Made by a program: the position numbers and the translations under genes
Part shown: positions 47,479 to 55,717 of the stretch, one piece after another
Position numbering within the stretch: position 1 is the first letter of the stretch
Layout: every line of letters starts with the position of its first letter
Notes under the pieces: model-generated
What the model was told of the DNA's origin: nothing
Seen by the model: only the letters and a program-made list of their open reading frames with translations
Databases searched by the model: none
NCBI GenBank assembly: GCA_965200315.1
Contig: OZ241362.1
Location: forward strand, 2,080,001 to 2,144,000
DNA: 64,000 nt
Reading direction: 5' to 3'
Origin: Candidatus Latescibacterota bacterium
GTDB taxonomy: Bacteria; Latescibacterota; UBA2968; UBA8231

Positions 47479-48005
47479 CAGCGGTTGGTGACCTGTGCCC
47501 CGAGGATTTTTTCTATATGCCCCAAGGCCCATTCGTGTTGTTGGGGATCAAAGCTGGCGACGCAATCGGCCGGGACCTCGACCGGATAGTCGCGGTTGCG
47601 CAGCCCGGCTACCGTGTGCAGAACGCAAATATCCGTGCAATCGCCCATCACTACGACCTTGTCCGGCGCTAACTCATCCAACATCGCGGCCAACTCGGTC
47701 TCGAAAAAGGCACTGTAGCGCCGCTTTTTGACGATCTGCGCGTGTTGGGCCAACGGTGCCAGCTCGGCGATGATTTGCTCCTCCTCGCTGCCTTCGATGC
47801 AGTGAGGAGGAAACATCTCGAACTCGCGGTCATTTGCGCTGTGGCTGTCTTGCGTAAAGACCAGAAAGGCCCCAGCGGCTTTTTCGCGCTCGGCTCGTGC
47901 GGCGATTCGCGGGATAATGGCCCGCGCCTGATCCCCGCAGTAGAGCGTCCCGTCTGGCCGCATAAAGCCGTTCTGCATATCGACGACAATCACGGCATTA
48001 GCCAT
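47478..48005 (-). CDS. pncA: Nicotinamidase / isochorismatase family cysteine hydrolase
   Basis: VVDMQNGF, DSH, FPPHC, KRRYSAF, GDCTDICV; GGAGG RBS; adjacent to pncB. Confidence 0.85.
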   Translation of the reverse strand: MANAVIVVDMQNGFMRPDGTLYCGDQARAIIPRIAARAEREKAAGAFLVFTQDSHSANDREFEMFPPHCIEGSEEEQIIAELAPLAQHAQIVKKRRYSAFFETELAAMLDELAPDKVVVMGDCTDICVLHTVAGLRNRDYPVEVPADCVASFDPQQHEWALGHIEKILGAQVTNR

Positions 48006-48029
48006 CGCCTAATCCTCCGGTTTTAAGGT

Positions 48030-48133
48030 GCCGGCCTCACTACACGACAATCATCCAATGGATGTTACGAATGAGTATCTAGGTACACCGCGCCTTTAGG
48101 CGAGACAGCATCGTCGTGTACGTAGGTGCCGGC
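48030..48133 (-). other. Structured non-coding element in the leader of the pncA-pncB-nadE operon (cis-regulatory RNA or MITE)
   Basis: Outer GCCGGC pair, 11-bp stem 48041-48051/48110-48120, internal hairpins 48052-48064 and 48091-48102. Confidence 0.5.
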
Positions 48134-48167
48134 TCTATGCGCAAAAATACAATCCCAACAGAGCGAT

Positions 48168-48593
48168 TCAAACCGGCTCAAGCCGATCCCCCACGATCCG
48201 CCGGTAGTAACAGCCCAACCGCGCCCGACCATCTACGTCCAATGTGTGGCAGGCCCCTTCTCCTTTGAGCCGCACGCGATACAGCAGCGAATTTTGCTCG
48301 CAGTTGACGCGGATTTCGACCAGTTCGAGCACATTGCCCGAGGTCGCGCCTTTGACCCACAACTCGTTGCGCGACGTGCTCCAAAACGCAGCCACGCCCT
48401 CGCGCCGCGTATAGTTCAGAGCCTCTTCATTGGCGTACCCCACGATCAGCACTTCGCCGCTATCCACATCCTGCACCGCCACCGGCACCAAGCCCTCACC
48501 ACAGGCCGCGGCCTGCTGCAACTTGCCAAAATCCAAGGCCAACCGCTGCCCTTCCTCCACTTCCTCGTGCGTCATATTCGCTCGTTCAACCAC
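48168..48593 (-). CDS. hisI: Phosphoribosyl-AMP cyclohydrolase
   Basis: GLVPVAVQD, WSTSRNELWVKGATSGN, NCEQ..ACHT..CYYR. Confidence 0.9.
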   Translation of the reverse strand: MVERANMTHEEVEEGQRLALDFGKLQQAAACGEGLVPVAVQDVDSGEVLIVGYANEEALNYTRREGVAAFWSTSRNELWVKGATSGNVLELVEIRVNCEQNSLLYRVRLKGEGACHTLDVDGRARLGCYYRRIVGDRLEPV

Positions 48594-48828
48594 GGCGATC
48601 TCCCCTAGTAAAAGCTCTTTTAACTAGACCTTGCCCGGCCTTCTAAGTCAACCCTATTTTACTAGTCCCCTTCCTACGAGGCTAGGGGTAGACGTTTAGA
48701 TGGATTGGTATGGATTTTCGGGATCGGCGGGGAACTCGGAAGGCGCGGAGACGTTTTTTAAGGCTTGGGCCGTACGCGGCCCGCCTAGAATTTTTCACGC
48801 TGTGAACCATCAAACAGGAGGCAGGAGC

Positions 48829-49104
48829 GTGAGCGAGCAACTTCCATCGCCGGAGCGGCCGTATCCGTTAGACCACGAAGGGCGCATCGCCCGGCTAGAG
48901 GGCATTGTCGAGCAAATCGACGCCCGGCTGGGCCGCATCGAAACCAAAATTGACGCCAACCGCGAGTCCCTCGAAACCAAAATTGACGCCAACCGCGAGT
49001 CCCTCGAAACCAAAATTGACCGGCTATACCGCTGGGCGATACCCCTCCAGCTAACGACGATCTTGGCAATCGCCGGGCTAGCGTTCAAGGCGTTTAGCGG
49101 CTAG
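48829..49104 (+). CDS. Small coiled-coil protein with ETKID repeats and C-terminal membrane anchor (DUF1640/Bdr-like)
   Basis: AGGAG RBS, GTG 48829; RIARLEG..(ETKIDANRESL)x2.5..WAIPLQLTTILAIAGLAF. Confidence 0.7.
   Translation: MSEQLPSPERPYPLDHEGRIARLEGIVEQIDARLGRIETKIDANRESLETKIDANRESLETKIDRLYRWAIPLQLTTILAIAGLAFKAFSG
48938..49020 (+). repeat. 33-bp perfect tandem repeat, 2.5 copies
   Basis: TCGAAACCAAAATTGACGCCAACCGCGAGTCCC at 48938 and 48971, partial at 49004. Confidence 0.92.
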
Positions 49105-49213
49105 CGTCGTCTAGTCGGTCAAGGACGAGCACAGATGGCGCAGATAGCCATCGTAGCGTATTAACCAGCGGTACACAATGCACATTTTTTCAGTCATTTA
49201 GGATTGCTATATC

Positions 49214-50488
49214 ATGCTTCTCGACACGGCCTACGAAATCGCCACCTCCAACATCCGCTTCGGCCCGGGCACCACCCAGGAGATCGGCATGGATCTGAAG
49301 GACCGGGGGCTGAAGCGGGTCATGGTATTGACCGACCCGAACTTGCGGGAGCAAGCACCTGTGCAGACGGCCTTGGCCGCCATTGCGGCGGCGGGCGTCG
49401 AGTATGCCCTGTTCGACCAAGTGCGCGTCGAGCCGACCGACGCCTCGTTCAAAGCGGCGATCGCGTACGCCCAACAAGGGTTTGACGGGTTCGTCGCCGT
49501 CGGCGGCGGGTCGGTGATGGACACAGCCAAAGCCGCCAACGTGTACACCACCTATCCGGCCGATTTCCTTACCTACGTCAACGCGCCCATTGGCCGGGGG
49601 GAGCCTGTGCCCGGCCCGCTCAAGCCGCTGATCGCCGTTCCCACCACCGCCGGCACCGGCAGTGAGACCACGGGCGTGGCGATTTTCGATTTTGTCGAGA
49701 TGAAGGCCAAGACCGGCATGGCCCACCGCTACATGCGCCCGACCTTGGGGATCGTCGATCCAGACAACATGCGCTCCATGCCGCCGCAGGTGGCCGCTTC
49801 AACCGGCCTCGACGTGCTCTCACACGCCTTGGAGTCCTACACGGCCCTGCCGTTTAACCAGCGGCCCCGACCCGACCGCCCCCAACTGCGACCGGCCTAC
49901 CAAGGCTCAAACCCCATCAGCGACTTGTGGGCGCTGGAGGCGTTGCGGCTGGTGGCGCAATTTTTGCCCCGTGCCGTGGCCGACCCCAGCGACGACGAGG
50001 CCCGCAGCGCGATGAGTTTGGCCGCAGCCCTCGCCGGCATTGGCTTTGGCAACGCCGGTGTCCACCTCCCGCACGGCATGTCCTATCCGGTGGCTGGCAT
50101 GGTGGAAAGCTATGTGCCCGCGGGATACGCCATCGATTACCCGCTGGTGCCGCACGGGTTTGCCGTGATCGTCAACTCGCCTGCCGTCTTTCGCTTCACC
50201 GCACCGACTTGTCCCCAGCGGCATCTGCGGGCGGCCGAAGTCTTGGGGGCCGATTGCAGCGGAGCTAAAGACGAGGACGCGGGCGCGATCTTGGCCGACC
50301 GCATCGTCTCCCTGATGCGCCAACTCGGCGCACCCAACGGCCTCAGCGCCCTCGGCTACGGGAGCCGGCACATCCCGTCCCTCGTCGAGGGCACACTGCC
50401 GCAGCACCGAGTGACCAAGCTCTCGCCGCGAGCAGCCGACGCCGAGGCACTGGCGGGGATTTTTGCAGACGCGCTGCGCTACTGGTAG
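49214..50488 (+). CDS. Hydroxyacid-oxoacid transhydrogenase (Fe-containing alcohol dehydrogenase family)
   Basis: VEPTDASF, GGGSVMDTAK, YVNAPIGRG, PTTAGTGSETT, GNAGVHLPHGMSYPV. Confidence 0.88.
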   Translation: MLLDTAYEIATSNIRFGPGTTQEIGMDLKDRGLKRVMVLTDPNLREQAPVQTALAAIAAAGVEYALFDQVRVEPTDASFKAAIAYAQQGFDGFVAVGGGSVMDTAKAANVYTTYPADFLTYVNAPIGRGEPVPGPLKPLIAVPTTAGTGSETTGVAIFDFVEMKAKTGMAHRYMRPTLGIVDPDNMRSMPPQVAASTGLDVLSHALESYTALPFNQRPRPDRPQLRPAYQGSNPISDLWALEALRLVAQFLPRAVADPSDDEARSAMSLAAALAGIGFGNAGVHLPHGMSYPVAGMVESYVPAGYAIDYPLVPHGFAVIVNSPAVFRFTAPTCPQRHLRAAEVLGADCSGAKDEDAGAILADRIVSLMRQLGAPNGLSALGYGSRHIPSLVEGTLPQHRVTKLSPRAADAEALAGIFADALRYW

Positions 50489-50500
50489 GAAGCCCCCCAA

Positions 50501-50635
50501 GAAGCTGTCTGAAAACCCCTGTCGTGTCGCGTTGCGGAACGGCCGAGTGCCGGTTGCATCCCGCGTGTTTCGAGGACAAGATGCCCTCGATCCCAGCGGC
50601 TGGAGAGACCTAACCCGGAATTTTCGGAGAGCTTC
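50501..50635. mobile_element. 135-bp MITE-like element with 15-bp terminal inverted repeats and CAA flanking duplication
   Basis: GAAGCTGTCTGAAAA (50501-50515) vs TTTTCGGAGAGCTTC (50621-50635), 13/15 complementary; CAA at 50498-50500 and 50636-50638; internal REP-like hairpin. Confidence 0.65.
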
Positions 50636-50731
50636 CAAGCAGAGGTCTCCCACATTCTGTTCATTGTCGAGTTTCCTCGGCATGTTAGTATATTGTGAAA
50701 AATTCGATTTAAGGCTAGGAGGCAATCCGGC

Positions 50732-51346
50732 ATGGACCGCGTTTTCATTTATTGGGACAACTCCAATATCTTCCACGAGGCACAACGGCTGGCGGAAGAA
50801 CGACGCGAAGGGGCCCGCGTACGCGTCAACTTTGACAATATACTGCGCCTAGCGCACGCCGACCGCCCACTGAAAAAGGCACTTGCCACCGGCTCCGTGC
50901 CGCCAGAAATGCGCCAGTTGTGGAATCGAATGGAGGGCAAGGGGGTAGAAGTCCAACTGTTCGACCGAGGCAGCTCCGGGCGTGGCGAACAGGAAATGCC
51001 CGACCGGGTATTGCAGTTGCGTATGCTGGAAGATGCGCTGGATTACAACGGCAATCCCGGCATCGTGGTGTTGCTGACAGGTGACGGTGCTGGCTATCTC
51101 GAAGGTGCGGGTTTTCACAGCACGTTGGAGCGCATGCACAAGCGCGGTTGGCGGATAGAAATCCTGTCATGGGCGCATTCTTGCAACCAGCGGATGCGCA
51201 AATGGGCGCAAGAAAACGGCATATTTGTCGCGTTAGACGACTTCTACGAGGCCATTACGTTCATGGAACCGTCCAGATCGGGAGCGGAGCTTGCCTCCGC
51301 ACGTGATTCCGCGGAATTGGACCTGTCGCAGAGGCCGATGGCCTGA
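50732..51346 (+). CDS. NYN domain protein (PIN-like RNase fold)
   Basis: FIYWDNSNI, EQEMPD, VLLTGDG.G..GF acidic motifs. Confidence 0.82.
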   Translation: MDRVFIYWDNSNIFHEAQRLAEERREGARVRVNFDNILRLAHADRPLKKALATGSVPPEMRQLWNRMEGKGVEVQLFDRGSSGRGEQEMPDRVLQLRMLEDALDYNGNPGIVVLLTGDGAGYLEGAGFHSTLERMHKRGWRIEILSWAHSCNQRMRKWAQENGIFVALDDFYEAITFMEPSRSGAELASARDSAELDLSQRPMA

Positions 51347-51519
51347 TTGGGGAAGCGATGGCGGCACTTCCTCTCGCCGCGCTCCATTCGTGTCGTCCTG
51401 CGATTTCTCAACAAATCCGTTGACAATAATTTTGTTGAATAGTGCTTTACCTCTCCTCGACAACTCTGCTGACAAACGGATATATGGTGGCCTGAAGTTG
51501 AGGACGCAAAGTTATAGCC

Positions 51520-51815
51520 ATGTCTGATCTATACCCAATCGTCGAAGTGACACGAGAATCGGTCAGTGAGTCCGAGGAGATGGGGAGCAAAGATAAGTTC
51601 TGGTATCTCCATCCGAAGACGGAAGAAGGATGGCTCTTCAAATATCCCCGCTGTAATACAGGGGAACACTGGGCTGAGAAAATTGCCGCCGAGCTCGCGA
51701 ACCTACTGGAAATTTCACATGCTAAGGTAGAATTTGTAGAATGTCTCCTTCAGCCAGAAAGTTTGTAATTGCGTTGGTGTGCTATACTCTTGAACAATTG
51801 CAGGAGCTTACGTAA
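51520..51815 (+). pseudogene. HipA/CtkA-like kinase with catalytic core deleted
   Basis: N-terminus EEMGSKDKFWY..WLFKYPRCNTGEHWAEKIAAELA..HAKVEF; helical C-terminus MSPSARKFVIALVCYTLEQLQELT* (51741-51815) in another frame; no DRH/D catalytic loop. Confidence 0.7.
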
Positions 51816-52561
51816 TGAGCACGAGAACCTTATTTCTAGCTTGGCAGGACAAAAAGCCCAGCAGGGCATGGTTTCCGGTGGGGCGGCTAGATGCTGATGT
51901 CGAACGTTCGCTCTATCGCTTCCGTTACATCGGCGGCGCAAGGCGAGCACAAGAAGAGGTGGGGTTTCCTCTGTTGATCGATTTTCCCGATTTAAACCAA
52001 GATTATCAGTCTGCGGAGTTGTTCCCGCTATTCCAAAACCGGGTTATGAATCGGGCAAGGCCGGACTTCGCCGACTACCTTCACAGGCTTGCTCTGACCG
52101 AAGGAGCGGACCCCATTGAGATTTTGTCCACCAACGGAGGCCGCCGCGTAACGGACGCTTACGAGGTTTTTCCAAAGCTCGAGAAAGACGACGCCGGGCA
52201 CTTTTCTTGCCGGTTCTTCCTGCACGGATGGCGACACATCAATGAAGCGACCAAAGATCGAATTGACCGCCTTGAGCAAGAAGAAGAACTGTATGTCACA
52301 CTGGAATTGGCCAATCCGGTGACCGGGTTGGCCGTGCAAATGCAGACGACTGACTACTGTATGATCGGGTGGGCACCGCGTTACTTGGTGGCAGATCTGG
52401 TTGCGGCGATGGCCGAAGGGCTTGGTAAATTCGGGGCGAAAGTGGTGCGGATTAATCGTCAAACCATCCTGTTGAAGCAGCGCGTATTGATTGAGATGCG
52501 TGGCTGCTGGGATAAACACGAACCAATGAGCGGCGAGGATTTTAAGCCCTTGGTCAATTGA
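51815..52561 (+). CDS. HIRAN domain protein (partner of HipA-like kinases)
   Basis: LFLAWQD..WFPVGRL, LFPLFQNRVM..RPDF, FFLHGWRH, ELANP..AV, IGWAPRYL; TAATG overlap with kinase remnant. Confidence 0.78.
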   Translation: MSTRTLFLAWQDKKPSRAWFPVGRLDADVERSLYRFRYIGGARRAQEEVGFPLLIDFPDLNQDYQSAELFPLFQNRVMNRARPDFADYLHRLALTEGADPIEILSTNGGRRVTDAYEVFPKLEKDDAGHFSCRFFLHGWRHINEATKDRIDRLEQEEELYVTLELANPVTGLAVQMQTTDYCMIGWAPRYLVADLVAAMAEGLGKFGAKVVRINRQTILLKQRVLIEMRGCWDKHEPMSGEDFKPLVN

Positions 52562-52606
52562 TTGTCCAGCGGAGCTTCCGACTGATTCCGTCCTTCCTGT
52601 GGTCGC

Positions 52607-53229
52607 TCACGGAGCAGTTGCAGCTATCATTTGTAGAAAATCGCGGATCGTGCTGAAGACGCTGTGGTCCAGATTCCAGTAGTCTTTTTTGCTGCCACGC
52701 CTACGGAAAAATGAGGGTTGGGCTTTGTCGTCAGATAGGCATGGGCACGGGCCTTGGTGGGTTTCTCGATGGACACGTCCGGCAGGGATTCGACACACTT
52801 GAAAAAGCCGTCAATACAGTCCTCCACCGGGTTATCCGCAAAGCTCTCGCACAGTAGCGTCTCAAGCATTCCTTGACGATTATCGCCGGGCAGTATCAGC
52901 ACCGTCACCGCCGGCCTAGTATCAGTGCTTTCTACAGGGCTGCCCGGCACTGGCAGTGCGGCATTGCTCAGCGCCGACTGAACGCTTTGGAACGCTCCTC
53001 CGGCGGACGTTTCCGCATCCCGAACAATGCCAATACTCTGAACGGCTTGGAAGCCCGGCGCGTTCACAAGATCCCGCAGAAAACTACCCAACTCATTCAC
53101 GCCGCCGAAGTTTTGAATCTGGATATTCTCAAGCGATAGATGATCGACAAACGCTTCAAAGAAGTTGCGCTGATCATTGCCCTCAACGAGAAGCTGAATT
53201 TTCGATTTGATTTTTTCTGCTCTTGGCAT
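52607..53229 (-). CDS. DUF3226 family TOPRIM-like protein (1-nt frameshift in T-run 52685-52690)
   Basis: LLVEGNDQ, GIVRDAE, GMLETL; adding one A gives GVAAKKDYWNLDHSVFSTIRDFLQMIAATAP*. Confidence 0.75.
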
Positions 53230-53231
53230 AC

Positions 53232-54272
53232 CTAGCGAACCTCAAGATTGTGTCGGATTGCAGCGTAGATTGCATCCGGTTCGTAGGTGACACAGCGGCT
53301 CGTCTTGTCATCGACTTCAAGCCAGTGTAGGAGGAAGCCGTCAGAGCCAAGAGCTTGATGAGCCGATTCTATACATTCAAAACTATGCGTGGTCGCAAAT
53401 ATCTGCGTGTGGAATTGCTTAGCTGCTTCATCAATGGCCCGCCAGACATCGGACAGCACTGAGTGGTGAATGCCGTTTTCGACTTCATCTATCAGAACGA
53501 CGCCATTCGGCATAGAAGCTATGGCCAAAACAATCCGGGCAACCTGAGCCATGCCTTCGCCCATTGCTACTAGGGGCACCAGTTCCGACAACCCGATGTC
53601 TCCCCAGATCATGGGGGTGCCGCTGGAGGAATTGTCTTCGATGCTCTGTAGCTTCGGTTCTATGGTCTGTAGTGTTTTTAAGATCAGATCGCCTTGCTTC
53701 TGTCTCCTCAACTGTCCTAGCTGCATAGCATCTTCACGGGGATTCCGGGTCCGAGATAAGACAATTGCCGCAGGCAAAAAGACATGTATAGAAGATTGAT
53801 GGACCTCAAATTCCTGTCCATTAAAGTGTATATGACTTTTAATTTTTTTATGTACAGGATCGTCATATTGGAATACAAGCGAACGTTCGTCGAAAAGATT
53901 CGTCGCCGAAATTCCGTCCGTCCGCTCAAGGGGAATCTCAGTGGTGGGCTGTCGCTCCGAGGTGATCTTCAAAGCTAATTCACCACGCGATTTATAATAT
54001 CCTTTAATCTCAATATGACCTCCCATGTCCAAATTGTAGAAGAGCTGTTTCCAGAAGGGATCTTTCATTGGAGCACCTGATTCTATGCCCCGAATAACAT
54101 TGGTATTTACGGCCAGTTGCGCGTTTCCGCCTCCAGACAGCAGAAACATTGCCTCAAGTAAACTGGTCTTGCCAGAATTATTCTTTCCGGCGATAAGATT
54201 AATGCTGCTCAACGGATCGATTTTAAGCGCGTTGAAGCCGCGAAAATTTTGTATCTGCAAGCGTTTCAACAT
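53232..54272 (-). CDS. ABC-type ATPase (AAA_15/AAA_21 family)
   Basis: IQNFRG, Walker A GKNNSGKT, signature MGEG, Walker B VLIDEVENGIH, H-loop TTHS. Confidence 0.88.
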   Translation of the reverse strand: MLKRLQIQNFRGFNALKIDPLSSINLIAGKNNSGKTSLLEAMFLLSGGGNAQLAVNTNVIRGIESGAPMKDPFWKQLFYNLDMGGHIEIKGYYKSRGELALKITSERQPTTEIPLERTDGISATNLFDERSLVFQYDDPVHKKIKSHIHFNGQEFEVHQSSIHVFLPAAIVLSRTRNPREDAMQLGQLRRQKQGDLILKTLQTIEPKLQSIEDNSSSGTPMIWGDIGLSELVPLVAMGEGMAQVARIVLAIASMPNGVVLIDEVENGIHHSVLSDVWRAIDEAAKQFHTQIFATTHSFECIESAHQALGSDGFLLHWLEVDDKTSRCVTYEPDAIYAAIRHNLEVR

Positions 54273-54329
54273 GGCCTTGGCTCCTTACTTATATTGGATT
54301 CTCTAGATTTTTTACGATAACTTACGATG

Positions 54330-54462
54330 GTCGCCACATCAAGATAGCTAATACCCAGAACCTTGGGAATGTTTATACAGCCAATTCGATAAGGTCTTCT
54401 ACGACGCTGGGATACTCTCGGATGGCGGCTTCAAAATTAGCGAGGGCCTCTTCTTCTGTTTT
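54330..54462 (-). pseudogene. Remnant of a HicB C-terminus and HicA N-terminus
   Basis: KTEEEALANFEAAIREYPSVVEDLIELAV* (54462-54373) followed by PKVLGISYLDV. Confidence 0.45.
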
Positions 54463-55670
54463 TCAGGTCCTATCCCGTTTATCAATGGTACTCGTTCCCC
54501 ACACCCGCCCAATCGCCGCCCGAATCTTTGCTTCCATTTGCTCCACCAATTCCCGCGCCCCGTCTATCACCCGCTGATAGCTCTCTATTTCGGCGACGAT
54601 TTCTCGCTGCACTTCGAGCGGTGGTAGGGGAATTTGAATTTCTGATAATTGTCTTTTGGTGACGCCTTGTATAGTTGAACCTTGACTAACGTTCTTGAAA
54701 TTTTCGACTCTATCCTTGAGCACATATACAAGATAATCTGCATTGACCACATCTTTCAGAATTAGTCCTTGAGAATCTTGGCTTATGCAAACGTCAAAAT
54801 CATTCTTGAATAATTTCCCCAGTCCGACTCTCGTTACGACTATAACACTTCCTTTTTTGATTAAGTTAGTAGTCGATTCCCTGATAGCTTTTTTTGTAAT
54901 ATGTTTTCGCGGCTTCGCCGTCTTAATATTTACGATATCTGCACTTGTAATCCAAGGAATATCGCCGTTCCAATAGGTTTCCTTTTTTGTTGAAGGCGTA
55001 CCACCACTTAAAATATCATCGCAGACATCTCTTAATTCTACCATAGGCCATTTTGTTTTCGTACGATCCTCACTCTCCCGATACCGCTCCCCACTCAAAT
55101 TATACTCCCCCCCGCAATCTTCTCCTTCTCAGCAATCACCCCAAGCGTAGTAGTGTATTCCACTTTAGGTTCCGCCACACCATCGCTCAGCATCGACTCC
55201 CCCGCCCGCAGCCGCCCCAAATACTCCCCCAATTCCTCCCGCACCCTCGGCAAATCATTCTCCGCAATTTTCCGCCGCTGCGCCCCCAAATCAAACCCAT
55301 CATTTTCTACCTTAAAAAAGGCAATGCGATCCGTCTTTTGCGCCAGCGCCTTGTCCAGCAGCAAAATGGACGTCTTGACCCCCGAATAGGGCTGGAACAC
55401 GCCCGCCGGCAGCGAAATAACAGCTACCAGATAATTCTCCACCAGCATCTTGCGTAGCTGCTTATGAGCAGTCTGGCTCTGAAAGATAACGCCCTCTGGC
55501 ACAATGATACCGGCGCACCCAGCAGGCGTCAGATGCTCGGCCATGTAATCGACAAACAGCACTTCGCTGCGTTTGGATTGCACTGAAAAGCGGCGATGCG
55601 GACGGATGCCGCCCTTCGGCGACATAAACGGCGGATTGGCCAAAATCACGTCGGCATGGTTCCATTCACT
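54463..55670 (-). pseudogene. Fused type I methyltransferase-specificity gene, 5'-deleted and frameshifted
   Basis: WNHADVILANPPFMSPKG (motif IV) with no motif I upstream; frameshift at C7 run 55107-55113 (G8 gives KIAGGEYNLSGERY); then TRD SGGTPST..IPWIT..IPLPPLEVQREIV. Confidence 0.78.
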
Positions 55671-55717
55671 GTTTTTTCGGATAAATGCGTTAATCGCGGA
55701 TAAAAAAAGCTGATTTT

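Noticed and set aside
48030-48133. Assignment of the structured element to a known RNA class (6S, SRP, tRNA, NAD+-I/II riboswitch, hammerhead)
   Set aside because: Signature motifs and lengths do not match by eye; kept only as an unclassified candidate.
48938-49020. 33-bp repeats as a CRISPR array
   Set aside because: Units are contiguous with no spacers, are coding, and no cas genes are present.
51400-51440. TTTCTCAACAAATCC...TTTTGTTGAA as an IS end
   Set aside because: No matching second end or transposase nearby.
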